Shown here: positions 18,691 through 28,747 of the stretch, piece by piece
Position numbering within the stretch: the stretch's first letter is position 1
How the letters are laid out: each line of letters starts with the position of its first letter
NCBI GenBank assembly: GCA_963796455.1
Contig: CAWCLO010000001.1
Span: 800,001 to 864,000 of the forward strand
From: Candidatus Sulfomarinibacteraceae bacterium
GTDB taxonomy: Bacteria > Acidobacteriota > Thermoanaerobaculia > Thermoanaerobaculales > Sulfomarinibacteraceae
Reading direction: 5' to 3'
Length of the DNA stretch: 64,000 nucleotides
Made by a program: the position numbers and the translations under genes
The notes under the pieces: model-generated
The model's database searches: none
Seen by the model: only the letters and a program-made list of their open reading frames with translations
Told to the model about the DNA's origin: nothing

Positions 18691-19449
18691 ATGGATTTCA
18701 GCGGCAAGACAGTGCTCGTCACCGGTGGGGCGCGTGGAATCGGTCGCGCGATCTGCAGAGCTTTTGCTGCGCGTGGCGCGAGAGTTGCTGTGAACTATCG
18801 CGAAAACCGTGAGGCGGCCGAGCAGACGGTTTCGATCCTGCCCGGCGGTCCCCACATCGCCGTCCAGGCGGATGTGACCGATCCTGCCTCGGTGGAGCGA
18901 CTCTTCGAGACCGTCACCGACGCCTTCAGCCGGCTCCATATCGTGGTCAACAACGCGGGCATCTACCAATACCATCGAATTGAAGAGGTGGACTACGAGG
19001 AGTGGCAGCGCTCGTGGCGCGAGGTCCTCGACACCAACCTGGTCGGCCCGTCAAACGTTCTGTACTGCGCCGCCCGCCACATGATCGAACACGGGGGTGG
19101 GAGGATCGTCGCCGTCTCGTCGCGGGGCGCGTTCCGAGGCGAACCCGAGGGGCCGGCATATGGTGCGAGCAAGGCGGGGCTCAACGCCATGTGCCAGTCA
19201 TTCGCCCAACGGTTGGCCCCGCACGCCATTTCGGTTGGGGTTGTGGCCCCGGGTTTTGTCGAGACCGAGATGGCGGCGAGGGTACTCGATGCTCCGGGAG
19301 GTGATGCGGTCCGGGCCCAGAGCCCCTACGGCCGGGTCGCCAAACCCGAGGAGGTCGCCCACGCGGTGCTCTTCCTGGCCTCCGATGGAGCCGAGTTCTC
19401 CACCGGCGCCATCATCGATGTCAATGGAGCGTCGTATCTGCGGACTTAA
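18691..19449 (+). CDS. SDR family oxidoreductase (FabG-like)
   Basis: [32 protein letters not shown]. Confidence 0.92.
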   Translation: MDFSGKTVLVTGGARGIGRAICRAFAARGARVAVNYRENREAAEQTVSILPGGPHIAVQADVTDPASVERLFETVTDAFSRLHIVVNNAGIYQYHRIEEVDYEEWQRSWREVLDTNLVGPSNVLYCAARHMIEHGGGRIVAVSSRGAFRGEPEGPAYGASKAGLNAMCQSFAQRLAPHAISVGVVAPGFVETEMAARVLDAPGGDAVRAQSPYGRVAKPEEVAHAVLFLASDGAEFSTGAIIDVNGASYLRT

Positions 19450-19534
19450 CCCGTAAAATCACAGAATCGATTGAGCACGGATGATGTCGGGAAGCGGTGG
19501 CACTGAGTTCACGCCCTCGCCGATCGATTCTTCA

Positions 19535-20360
19535 ACGCGAAGACGCAAAGACGCGAAGCCATCGCGAAGTAGCGCGCTATGCCCACAGATCACACAGATA
19601 GACCCAGATAGCAGCCTGATTGCGGAGGCATCGGCAACATCAGCAGCCAAGCGGTGTCCGCCTGTCTTGTTTTTAACGCAGAGACGCAAAGGCGCAGAGA
19701 CGCAGAGACGCAGAGGACATCCTGGAAGAGCCCTCCATCCGGCGAGGTCCTGGTCGCCATCCGGCGGCCAGGAACCGCTGGGTCAGGAAATCGCCCCGAA
19801 AACCAGCTCTCGTCGCGATTTACTGACCCAGCGGCCCTGCGCGACCGCGCAGGCCTCGCCTCCTTCCTCCCCTTTCCTTCAATCAAGGAAGGGGGTCTCC
19901 GATGCAAGGCAGATCCGGCATGCAGTAGGCGCGCCGGTCCGGTGGGGAGCGGGTTGACTCCGAGCGCTGGCGATCGGAGCCAACCCGCTTCTCACCGGTG
20001 ACGGACGATCGGAGATCGTCTGTCGATCTGCCGACTCTGGTGGCTACACCGCCCAAGTTCGCCGACCAGACCTTGGCGTCTTTGCGTCTTTGCGTTCTTT
20101 GCGGTTCAACCATGTGCACGCGAGACGCGTGCACCACCATGGCGGTGCAGCCGTCTCGGCTGCACTCCGGTCGTGCCTTTGCGATGGCTTCTGTGTTTTT
20201 CTGTGTGTTCTGCGGGCCTTTGCGCCAGCCCTCTGTGTTCCCTCTCTGTGTCTTCGTGCCTCTGTGGTTTTCTGGGTGTGACTTCTTCGTGCCTTGGTGT
20301 CTTCGTGTTTGCGACGAGGGCGAGCGCGGCGGGTCTGCGTCCATCTGCGGGATCTGCGGG
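19535..20360. repeat. Non-coding cluster of short tandem repeats and hairpins between convergent genes
   Basis: A-rich 8/9-mer runs on the left, T-rich complements on the right, a long hairpin at 19939-19998 and paired REP-like hairpins at 20114-20165. Confidence 0.75.
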
Positions 20361-20397
20361 CGTTCTCTCTCTGTACCTCCGGGCCACCGCGGTTTTC

Positions 20398-21675
20398 CTA
20401 GCCGGGCTCCTCGAGCAGGGTGACGATCTTTTCCTCCATCTCGGCTACCAGCTCTTCGTGGTGGTTGCCGGTACCCGGGCCGGCAAAGCCCGAGTGAATC
20501 CACCGCACCCGGCCATCCCGACCGATGAAAATCGTCGTCGGATACGAGAGCACGGCACTGATATCGGGCACCGCAAGGGCGGCCTCCGCTTTGTCAGAGA
20601 TTCCCGCGAGCAGCAGCGGGTACTCGATGTCGTATCGTTGCCTGAATCGATCCAGGACCCTACGATCCCGTTCGGGGTCTCCCGAAAACTCGAACGCGAG
20701 TCCCACGATCTCGAGCCCTTCGGCCGACCACCGACGGTGCCAACCGGCAAGAATCGGCGCCTCGTCATTGCAGTTTGGGCACCACGAACCGAAGAGATTG
20801 ACGAGCACCACCTTGTTCTCGAACACAGGTTCGTCAGAGGCCAGGACCGACCCGCTCCGATCAGCAAAGCTGAAGCGAAAGCGCCGGTCATCGGAGGTCA
20901 CCTTGACCTCGTTCCACGGGTCCGGCAATACCGGGTCCTCCGCTCCTGCGCGCTCCGCCGTCCACTTCGTATGTGAGCTGTCACGCGACCAGAAATCGCC
21001 GTCCAGGGTCCCGTCGGCAAGTTCGACAGCGTGAAAGAGAAAGGCATGGGCGCCATCGAAGGTCGACAGCCGCAAGACTCCCTTCTCGTAGGAGCCCTCG
21101 AGATATCGATAGTCTCCGGTCGAGGTCAGAATGGTGCCGCTCACCCGCTCGCCGTCCTGCTCGAACTCGCCGCGAGCGTCTTCGTCGCCTGAATCATCTG
21201 TGAAGGTGATCCGCCAGGCGCCGGCAACGTCGGTCACGGCAGCGAGACCGGTGGTCTGAATGCCGCTCGATTCGATCGCCTGAAACCTTCTCAATACAGA
21301 CTTTTCCGCCATCCATGGCAGTTCGGACACACCCCCAGGTACGATTTTTCTCCAGGTGCCCTCGATGTTCAAACCATCACCGGAAATCCGACCGTCGAGC
21401 TTCGAGTCGTACCAGTCCATTTCGATGCTGACGCGGTCACCGTCGACAACAACCGCAGAGGTCGGGACCTCCTCTTGACCGTTGCGAATGACGGCCTGCA
21501 GCCTGCCCTCTGAGAACGTGATCGCGAGACCAAAGGGAAGCTCGCCACCCGGCGAGATCAGAACCGAGCGCCACTCGCCCCTGAGCGCGTCAGCGGCGAG
21601 GATCCGGTCGACCTCCGGGCTCGCACCACAAGAAACAGTCGCTGCAACCGCCAGTATGAATGTGATCCATCTCAT
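20398..21675 (-). CDS. TlpA-like thiol-disulfide oxidoreductase, probable lipoprotein
   Basis: Lipobox-like ATVSC, GDYRYLEG, FDGAHAFLF, GSWCPNC, YPTTIFIGRDG. Confidence 0.88.
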   Translation of the reverse strand: MRWITFILAVAATVSCGASPEVDRILAADALRGEWRSVLISPGGELPFGLAITFSEGRLQAVIRNGQEEVPTSAVVVDGDRVSIEMDWYDSKLDGRISGDGLNIEGTWRKIVPGGVSELPWMAEKSVLRRFQAIESSGIQTTGLAAVTDVAGAWRITFTDDSGDEDARGEFEQDGERVSGTILTSTGDYRYLEGSYEKGVLRLSTFDGAHAFLFHAVELADGTLDGDFWSRDSSHTKWTAERAGAEDPVLPDPWNEVKVTSDDRRFRFSFADRSGSVLASDEPVFENKVVLVNLFGSWCPNCNDEAPILAGWHRRWSAEGLEIVGLAFEFSGDPERDRRVLDRFRQRYDIEYPLLLAGISDKAEAALAVPDISAVLSYPTTIFIGRDGRVRWIHSGFAGPGTGNHHEELVAEMEEKIVTLLEEPG

Positions 21676-21857
21676 AGCCAGAGCCTACACGAGCGCGGAT
21701 GATCTCGGGGGCAGGATGCAGGCGAGATGATCGACCGGCAGTTTTCGGAGTCAAGGACAATCTGAAGTCGCCTGGAGTCCCGTAGCTGGAATCCGGGTGG
21801 AGGGTACCGAGAAGCATTTCGTGCCAATGCGTGTTCTCTATCAAGAGGGAAAAAAAT

Positions 21858-22712
21858 TTGAAGAACCAAGTCAGATCCGTGGCATTGTTACTGGCCGGCA
21901 AACCGACCGTCGAAGGGGCCGGAGTCCGTCTCCTCCGCGTCTTCGGATTGCCAGAATTGCCGCGCTTCGACCCTTTTTTGCTCTTCGACGATTTCGGATC
22001 AGACAACCCCGACGACTATCTGTCGGGTTTCCCCTGGCATCCCCATCGCGGCATCGAGACCGTGACCTACATGTTCTCGGGCTCGGTCGAGCATGGCGAC
22101 AGCCTCGGCAACAAGGGAGTGATAGCGACCGGCGACATCCAGTGGATGACGGCGGGAAGCGGCATCATCCATCAGGAGATGCCACAACGGGTTGACGAAC
22201 GTCTTCGTGGCTTTCAGCTGTGGGTCAACCTGCCGGCACGATCAAAGATGATGGCGCCTCGGTATCAAGACATCAAGGCGGACTCGATTCCCGAGGTTTC
22301 TCCCCATGACGGGTTGCGGATCAAGGTCATCGCGGGTGAGATCGTCGGTGTGCGCGGTCCGGTAAGGAACGTCATCGCCGAACCCGAGTACCTGGATATC
22401 ACCCTCGAGCCCGGTGCGGACCTCGAACACCCCACGACACCCGGCCACACAGTCTTCGCCTATGCCGTCAACGGCCGTGGCAAGATCGGACCGGGAGGCG
22501 CCTACGAACTCGAAAGGGGACAACTGGCACTCTTCACCGACGGAGACTCGGTGATCGTCCGCGCCGAAGACGTCCCTTTCCGCTTTCTACTTGTTTCGGG
22601 AAAACCCCTCGGTGAGCCGGTGGCATGGTCGGGACCGATCGTCATGAACACCCAAGAAGAACTGGCCGTAGCGTTCCAGGAGTATCGGACAGACACCTTT
22701 ATCAAGTCGTGA
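21858..22712 (+). CDS. Pirin family protein
   Basis: DPFLLFD, GFPWHPHRGIETVTY, QWMTAGSGIIHQE, GPIVMNT. TTG start after GAGGG. Confidence 0.93.
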   Translation: MKNQVRSVALLLAGKPTVEGAGVRLLRVFGLPELPRFDPFLLFDDFGSDNPDDYLSGFPWHPHRGIETVTYMFSGSVEHGDSLGNKGVIATGDIQWMTAGSGIIHQEMPQRVDERLRGFQLWVNLPARSKMMAPRYQDIKADSIPEVSPHDGLRIKVIAGEIVGVRGPVRNVIAEPEYLDITLEPGADLEHPTTPGHTVFAYAVNGRGKIGPGGAYELERGQLALFTDGDSVIVRAEDVPFRFLLVSGKPLGEPVAWSGPIVMNTQEELAVAFQEYRTDTFIKS

Positions 22713-23066
22713 TCACCCCTTGACCTGCCACCCCTTGGCCTTGAGTAACTCGCGCAGTTTGTCGCGGTGATCGCCCTGGATCTCGATATGGGTGTCGCCC
22801 GCCTTGCCGCCGCTTCCGCAGCCACGTTTAAGTTCCTTTACGAGATTCTTGAGGAACTCCTTGTTGCGCGGCAAACTCTCGACCACCGTCACCGTCTTTC
22901 CCTTGCGCCCGGCCTTTTCGATCCGCAAGCGAGCGATGACCCGGTCCGGCACTTTTTCTTCGGCCGTCGTGGAGCAACGGCATGTCTTCACCGGCCAACC
23001 GCATTTGGGACACACGCGGCCCTTTTCGGTCGTAAAGACCGTTCTTCCCGGAGCCCGGCCCTTCAT
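22713..23066 (-). CDS. yciH: SUI1/eIF1-like translation factor
   Basis: GRKGKTVT, LKRGCGSGG, IEIQGDHR. Confidence 0.9.
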   Translation of the reverse strand: MKGRAPGRTVFTTEKGRVCPKCGWPVKTCRCSTTAEEKVPDRVIARLRIEKAGRKGKTVTVVESLPRNKEFLKNLVKELKRGCGSGGKAGDTHIEIQGDHRDKLRELLKAKGWQVKG

Positions 23067-23545
23067 TACTTATTCATCGGTTTGACCAACGTCTCAGGTT
23101 TCGGCTTCGTCACCCACAACACATTGATGATCTTCCATTCACCATTGACCTTGCCGATGTGGAGATAGTCGACCCAGTCGCGAGCCTCGGCCCTGACGGT
23201 GGCTGCGTTGCCGTAGATATCCAGAATTTTCACATCCGCCTGACGTTCGGCGACCGGCACCTTTTTGCCATAACCCTTGCGGGTGTATTGGATCAGGGTC
23301 AAGGCCGACATATTCTCCACCCGGTCCCACTTCCCCTTGGGATCGACCCGAACGATGCGCTTGGCGAGATCCGGATGCAGCGCGCGCTCCATGCGATCCG
23401 CGTCGCCCGTGTACCAACCCTCGAGATAGTCGAGGGCGGCGCCTCGGATTCCCGCTTCGTCTGCCGAGTCACCGGCAACACACGGAACAGCGAGGGCCAG
23501 AAAAATAACGAAAACGAACACGCCGGTGGTTTTCTTGAGCATCAT
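23066..23545 (-). CDS. Exported NTF2-like (lumazine-binding-2-type) protein
   Basis: Signal peptide, DYLEGWYTGD.RM..ALHP.L.KR, DYLHIGKVNGEWKIINVLW. Confidence 0.82.
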   Translation of the reverse strand: MMLKKTTGVFVFVIFLALAVPCVAGDSADEAGIRGAALDYLEGWYTGDADRMERALHPDLAKRIVRVDPKGKWDRVENMSALTLIQYTRKGYGKKVPVAERQADVKILDIYGNAATVRAEARDWVDYLHIGKVNGEWKIINVLWVTKPKPETLVKPMNK

Positions 23546-23640
23546 CAATCTCCCTTCGGTTGCAGGAATGATACGTGAACCGGCGACAGGGGTTGCTGAG
23601 ATCACAACAGTCCAATCAATCGGACCGGAGCAACACCCGA

Positions 23641-23734
23641 TTCGCAATCGCTATCGCTATCGGTATCGCTATCGAGACGACAGGAAACCACCGTGGTCGC
23701 CGAGAGCGATTGCGATAGCGATTGCGATAGCGAA
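23641..23734. repeat. Inverted 6-mer microsatellite palindrome (ATCGCT)n...(AGCGAT)n
   Basis: ttcgcaatcgctatcgctatcggtatcgctatcg ... agcgattgcgatagcgattgcgatagcgaa. Confidence 0.85.
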
Positions 23735-23856
23735 AGAGCGGTCAGTCGAGGAACAACAAAGGGTCTTTGGAACATCTAGTTGTATTTACACCTTATTTAT
23801 GCCATACTGTATACCCGGACGAGGTCCACGGGTCCGGGCGGAAACGGAGCAGCGAC

Positions 23857-24060
23857 ATGGAATCCATCAGCCGCCACAACCCACCCCAGAGTATTCACCC
23901 GATCGAGGTGCTTCCGGACGACCGCGGCAACTGGCCTCATGATGCGGAACAGAGTTATTCGCAGGTGCTCAAAGAGTTGGACCGCTGGAGCCGAGAACAC
24001 GGCTTTTCGACCGTCACCAACTCATGTATCGCCGAAGAGGCCATTCGTCAAAGTTGGTAA
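23857..24060 (+). CDS. Small hypothetical protein (67 aa)
   Basis: GGAG SD and an upstream TTGTAT-N17-CATACT promoter-like site (23780-23808). No recognisable family. Confidence 0.45.
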   Translation: MESISRHNPPQSIHPIEVLPDDRGNWPHDAEQSYSQVLKELDRWSREHGFSTVTNSCIAEEAIRQSW

Positions 24061-24103
24061 ATCACAGGGCCTGGATTCTGCGGGCGGGAAAATTTCCGAC
24101 GTA

Positions 24104-25159
24104 TTATTCGGCCGGATATCGATCGAGGTCGAAGGCCTTCTGGCCACTTGATAAGGCATCGTGAAGATCGCAGGCAACTCGGTCGATCACATCACGAAGC
24201 TCGAGCTTTTTGAGCCATTTCGCAGGAATTACATCGACTCCGTGGAGCGTCCCCATGATTTGACCGGTGATGGATCCTGTCGAATCCGAGTCTCCCGAAT
24301 GGGTCACGGCGAGCCGCACGGCCGACTCGAAGTCCGATGAAATCATGGAGCAGAAAACGCCGATCGCCAGTGCTTCTTCTGCGACCCAACCACCACCGAG
24401 GCATTCCACTTCTTCGGCATTGCCGAGACCGAGGGCCTCGAAAGCAAGGGCATGGTCGAGGGCGTTCAGGGTCTCCTCGTGCTCGGGATAACCCGCCAGT
24501 TCGCTCATGGCCCGCTCGATCGCCGGTTCGAGATCGAGGCCGGTCATCAAGCCGGCGATGATCTGAGCCATGGTCCCCGATGCGAGCCAACCCGTGGTGT
24601 GGCCGTGGGTAAGAGCCGCCACTTCACACCCGCACAGAAAAGGATCGCCCGGCCATCCGAGACCGACGGGAGCAACCCGCATGACGCCGCCACAGCCCTT
24701 CGAGTCGTTGAGAGAATTTGCCAGGGTGCCGAGATCGCCGCCCTCGAGAGCTGTGATGCAGGTATTGCCGGGGGCTCTCTGATCATTGAGGGCCTTCGTT
24801 TCGGTCAACCAACTCGTGAGCGCACGGCGGTCGCCCCGACCGAGCGGATACCGCCCCTGGGTCGTCAACCATCGCCAGTGGGCGTCGAGCAGAATTTCGA
24901 TCGGGGGCACATCATCATGAACGGCGGCATAGTTGAGTGATCGAATCACTCCTTCGGCGACAAAGAGCGTCATCTGCGTATCGTCGGTAATGGATCCCGC
25001 CGGAAAAGCGCCATCCACCAAATCAGCCGGTCCGTCAGAACCGTAGATCTGTTCGATTTCTTCGAGTGGCATGAACTCCAAAGGCGCGCCGAGTGCGTCA
25101 CCAACAGCGCCTCCAAGGAGGCAGCCTCTGATCCGGTCACGAGGTGTCAGCCGGCTCAT
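24104..25159 (-). CDS. ADP-ribosylglycohydrolase family protein
   Basis: GGAVGDALG, TDDTQMT, RAPGNTC, SKGCGGVMR, THGH, HSGDSDSTG. Confidence 0.93.
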   Translation of the reverse strand: MSRLTPRDRIRGCLLGGAVGDALGAPLEFMPLEEIEQIYGSDGPADLVDGAFPAGSITDDTQMTLFVAEGVIRSLNYAAVHDDVPPIEILLDAHWRWLTTQGRYPLGRGDRRALTSWLTETKALNDQRAPGNTCITALEGGDLGTLANSLNDSKGCGGVMRVAPVGLGWPGDPFLCGCEVAALTHGHTTGWLASGTMAQIIAGLMTGLDLEPAIERAMSELAGYPEHEETLNALDHALAFEALGLGNAEEVECLGGGWVAEEALAIGVFCSMISSDFESAVRLAVTHSGDSDSTGSITGQIMGTLHGVDVIPAKWLKKLELRDVIDRVACDLHDALSSGQKAFDLDRYPAE

Positions 25160-25211
25160 CGTCCGCCTCCCCTATCCTCGATTTCCGAGCCCCCGTTTCG
25201 GGCAGGCCGTT

Positions 25212-25466
25212 TCACAACCGATTACCGTCCGCGATGGATTCATCCTTTGACGGCAGCGGTTCTGCCAGGTTCTCCGACCCTTCGAGTAGCGACAATTGCT
25301 GAAGCTTCTTCTGCATTGCGATCCAGTCAGTCTCGGACACCAGCACCGCATTGCCGCGAAGCCCGGTGATCAGAACCGGTCCGAGACCTGAGAGAACCTG
25401 GTCCATGACGAACTGAAACTCGTTCTGGGCATCATTGGTCGGGACTTTTTGAATCGACACTGTCAA
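25212..25466 (-). CDS. Phd/YefM-like antitoxin (no adjacent cognate toxin)
   Basis: PVLITGLRGNAVLVSETDWIAMQ resembles the YefM PVxIT..RGNAVLxSxxDW core. Confidence 0.7.
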   Translation of the reverse strand: MTVSIQKVPTNDAQNEFQFVMDQVLSGLGPVLITGLRGNAVLVSETDWIAMQKKLQQLSLLEGSENLAEPLPSKDESIADGNRL

Positions 25467-25487
25467 ACCCCCGCTATCTTCGGTCCC

Positions 25488-25868
25488 TCACAGATCGGCA
25501 TCGACCCGATGTTCTAAATTCAACTGCACCCTCATCGCCTGACGGATTGCGGATCTCAGATCCGGATCGTCGATAGTCGCCAGGGGTGCCTCGAGCCGTT
25601 TTTTCGAAATGGTCCTTGTCTGGTGGGCCATCGCAACCGCGTCGTTGTTGAGTCCAATAACAAGCGACGGAAGCAAAACCTCGTTCGGGTAGATCCTGCG
25701 GCCGGGCGTGTGCGGGGTCAGAGGAAGCACCGTGACGATCGGCAGCGCCAAATTCGCGGTTTCGCGCGATACCACGAGCACCGGTCTCCTGGCCGCTCGA
25801 TCCGAGCCGATCAGTGGCTCGAGATCGACCTCGAAGATCGACCATTGAAGCGATGATTCGTCCATCAA
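25488..25868 (-). CDS. mazF: PemK/MazF family toxin
   Basis: VDLEPLIGS...RRPVLVVS, VTVLPLT, HQTRTISKKRL. Confidence 0.9.
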   Translation of the reverse strand: MMDESSLQWSIFEVDLEPLIGSDRAARRPVLVVSRETANLALPIVTVLPLTPHTPGRRIYPNEVLLPSLVIGLNNDAVAMAHQTRTISKKRLEAPLATIDDPDLRSAIRQAMRVQLNLEHRVDADL

Positions 25869-26143
25869 CCGGTTGGTTCCAATCCTTCATTGCCATTGCC
25901 AAAATCACGCAATACCTGTTCGACATCGGACAGAAACTCGGGGTCCGATGCCGCCGAATGAAAGGCCTCTGCAAGCTGGCTTTCACGCGCCCTGAGGACA
26001 CCATCTAAGAGAGCCCGCTCCACAAACGCGCTGTATGACGGCGCCGCACCATCGCGGACCACCTCTCGAACGTCTTCGACCAGATCGGTCGGCAACGAGT
26101 AAGTGACCTTCTGCAGTCTCTTGGTTGGCGCGTTTGGTCCCAC
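25865..26143 (-). CDS. Ribbon-helix-helix-like antitoxin
   Basis: KVTYSLP...SYSAFVERAL; 4-nt overlap with the toxin gene. Confidence 0.75.
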   Translation of the reverse strand: MGPNAPTKRLQKVTYSLPTDLVEDVREVVRDGAAPSYSAFVERALLDGVLRARESQLAEAFHSAASDPEFLSDVEQVLRDFGNGNEGLEPTG

Positions 26144-26149
26144 TGTTTT

Positions 26150-26182
26150 ATGGTAGAACAGTATTCCCTAAATGGCAATACT
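26150..26182 (-). promoter_or_regulatory. Sigma70-type promoter of the TA operon with a candidate operator inverted repeat
   Basis: TTGCCA (26173-26178)-N17-TACCAT (26150-26155), 6 nt before the GTG start. AGTATT (26160-26165)/AATACT (26177-26182) inverted repeat overlaps it. Confidence 0.65.
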
Positions 26183-26259
26183 TTCGTTACGGCGTACACA
26201 ACCCGCACCTGACCTGGAAAACCAGGGAATTCTGGCCTATGTGCTGAAATACCGACTGT

Positions 26260-27339
26260 TTACGGGCTTGAGGTAGAAGGATCGTCCGCCCGGGCGGTCG
26301 CCACCAACTCTCCATCAGCTGCGGCGTTGTCCTGAGCCTGAATCGATCGCCCACCACATCCGAATCCCGTCGGATATGGAAGCCACATCGTCGCCACCTC
26401 CGGCGCAGGTTTCGGGTATTTCTTCCACAGCACCCATCCAATCAACAGCACGAAAAATGCCGTCGACAAAATGCTGCCCTCCAACCCGAACTCGCCGCCG
26501 GTGACCAGGTCGGCATCGGATGGAGTCATCACGAAAAGCTGGTCCGTGATCTTGATTCCACTCACATCAAAGCCCCACAACCAACTCTGCGCGAGGTTCC
26601 AGGAGACGTGAAAACCGATCGGCAGCCACAGCCGTTGTGTCCGAAAATAGAGCACCGCCAGGATCACACCGGCGAGGAAGATGTTGCTGACACCGACGAA
26701 GGTGACATCGGGGTTATCGACGTGGGCCCAGGTGAATACGAGGGAGGTCACGAGGCCCGCAATCCACCGTCGGCTGCCTTCCGAGAGGGCCTGCATCAGA
26801 TAGCCCCGAAACAGAAGTTCTTCGAGCGTACCCGCAACGAGGAAGATCCAGGCGAGGAGGGGCAGCGCGGAAAAGCTCGCCGCAGGGTCGGCCGCAAGTT
26901 CCAGCTTGACCGATCCGGTCGCGATCAGGACCAACACCAGAAACCCGGTGATACCGACCCCCGCGAGGAGACCCGCGGCCAACTCGCGGAGCCAGCCGCG
27001 AGTGAATCCGAGACCAAGCATGGCCACCGGCCTCCGGTCGAAAAAACGGAGCACGAGCACTGCCGCCAGGATCAGGGCAAGATCGCCCGCGAGCCAGGTC
27101 ACAGATCTGGTCCACGATATGAAACCGGCACCGGGATAAGAACGGGCGACTCCGGCGGCAAGGAAACCAAACGGCACGATGAGCGCCGCTGTCAGAATCC
27201 CATAGACCACGATTCTCCATCCTGCGCGCCACTGCCCGAAACGATTCCGGAAGACACGAGACAGTGTGGATGATTTTGCCGGTGGCTGCGGTTCGGTTTC
27301 TTCCGAGACCGGGACCTCGTTGTGATTTTCGTGAGTCAC
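26260..27339 (-). CDS. CPBP/CAAX (Abi) intramembrane metalloprotease
   Basis: EELLFRGY, FTWAH, FHVSWN, GGEFGLEG. Confidence 0.92.
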   Translation of the reverse strand: MTHENHNEVPVSEETEPQPPAKSSTLSRVFRNRFGQWRAGWRIVVYGILTAALIVPFGFLAAGVARSYPGAGFISWTRSVTWLAGDLALILAAVLVLRFFDRRPVAMLGLGFTRGWLRELAAGLLAGVGITGFLVLVLIATGSVKLELAADPAASFSALPLLAWIFLVAGTLEELLFRGYLMQALSEGSRRWIAGLVTSLVFTWAHVDNPDVTFVGVSNIFLAGVILAVLYFRTQRLWLPIGFHVSWNLAQSWLWGFDVSGIKITDQLFVMTPSDADLVTGGEFGLEGSILSTAFFVLLIGWVLWKKYPKPAPEVATMWLPYPTGFGCGGRSIQAQDNAAADGELVATARADDPSTSSP

Positions 27340-27477
27340 TCCTGATACCTCCGTATGATCTACGTTGTCGTCAGGGCTCGGTTTTGCGGGCGAATCTCGA
27401 GTTCTCGACCGCGACTGACAATTGGTTCATAATCGATGCTGCCGGACGCCCGCGGTCTTGCGATGATGGAGGCCGAT

Positions 27478-28710
27478 GTGACTCAAAATATCACTCCCGC
27501 TGATCGTACTCGGATCAGAGATCAATTCCCGACCCTGAGCGGTGACACCATTTTTCTCGAAAATGCCGGCGGGTCGCAGGTACCGGCGGTGGTGGCGGAT
27601 GCAATCCGAGACTACATGCTCGGTTCATACGTCCAGATCGGGGCCGGCTACACCCTGTCGCAACGCTGTACCGAGCTGATCGATGAGGCCCATGATTTCG
27701 TGCGTCTCATGATGAACGGCGGCGACGGCGAAGTCATCCTGGGATCCTCCACCTCGGCCCTTCTCTCCATGCTTTCCAAGTGTTACGCAAACCAACTTTC
27801 ACCGGGAAGCGAGATCATCGTCGCTCAGACCGGACACGAGGCCAACGTCGGACCATGGAAGCACTTGCAGGAACAGGGCTTTGAATTGCGGTGGTGGGAA
27901 ATGGACCCGCACAGCTTCGAGTGTCCCCTCGATGCACTCGAAGAACTGCTCTGTGAGCGCACCGCGCTGGTCGCCTTTCCCCACGTTTCCAATTTGCTCG
28001 GCGGGATCGTCGATGTCCGGGCCATCTCCGATCTTGCCCACTCGGCGGGTGCCCGGGTCGTTGTCGATGGTGTCGCCTATGCCCCCCACCGCGCGATGGA
28101 TGTCAGTGCCTGGAACGTCGACTGGTACGGTTACTCCACCTACAAGGTCTACGGCCCTCACATGGCCGCGCTCTGGGGACGGCGTGATGCCATCGAGGAA
28201 CTGCATGGACCGAACCACTTTTTCGTCCCCGATGACGACCTCCCCTACAAATTCGAGGTCGGTGGACCGAGCCACGAAGGCTGCGCCGGTATTCTCGGAC
28301 TGCGCAATTATCTGGCCTACCTGGTCGATGTGCCACCGGAAAGTTTCGACCGGGCGGCGGTCGAAAAGGCCTTTGCGATCATGACCGCCTGTGAGCTGCC
28401 ACTCCAGGCTCAGCTCCTGGATTATCTCCGCAGACGTTCCGACGTGAAGATCATCGGACCCGCAACCGCGGGGCCCGAGCGAGTGGGAACCGTGAGTTTT
28501 GTCCACGAAAGCAAAAGCTCAGCCGAGATCACCGCTACTGTCGATCAATCCGGCGTCGGTATCCGCCATGGTCATATGTACGCCTATCACCTCTGCGAGG
28601 CGGCGGGGCTTGTCCCGGACGACGGCGTGGTTCGAAGCAGCCTCGTCCACTACAACACCCCGGCTGAAATGGAACGGTTAATCGAGGTCTTCGAGCAAGC
28701 GCTGGCCTGA
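27478..28710 (+). CDS. Cysteine-desulfurase-like class V aminotransferase
   Basis: ENAGGSQ, HEAN, DGVAYAPH, STYKVYGPH. RHGHMYA lacks the catalytic Cys of SufS. Confidence 0.88.
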   Translation: MTQNITPADRTRIRDQFPTLSGDTIFLENAGGSQVPAVVADAIRDYMLGSYVQIGAGYTLSQRCTELIDEAHDFVRLMMNGGDGEVILGSSTSALLSMLSKCYANQLSPGSEIIVAQTGHEANVGPWKHLQEQGFELRWWEMDPHSFECPLDALEELLCERTALVAFPHVSNLLGGIVDVRAISDLAHSAGARVVVDGVAYAPHRAMDVSAWNVDWYGYSTYKVYGPHMAALWGRRDAIEELHGPNHFFVPDDDLPYKFEVGGPSHEGCAGILGLRNYLAYLVDVPPESFDRAAVEKAFAIMTACELPLQAQLLDYLRRRSDVKIIGPATAGPERVGTVSFVHESKSSAEITATVDQSGVGIRHGHMYAYHLCEAAGLVPDDGVVRSSLVHYNTPAEMERLIEVFEQALA

Positions 28711-28747
28711 TCCGAATCGACAACCGCCTACGGGAAGGCACGCAAGA

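Noticed and set aside
19535..20360. CRISPR array
   Set aside because: No constant 23-47-bp repeat with regular unique spacers, and no cas genes in the window.
21811..21826. Sigma-54 promoter (TGGCACG on the minus strand)
   Set aside because: The GG-to-GC spacing is 2 nt too short.
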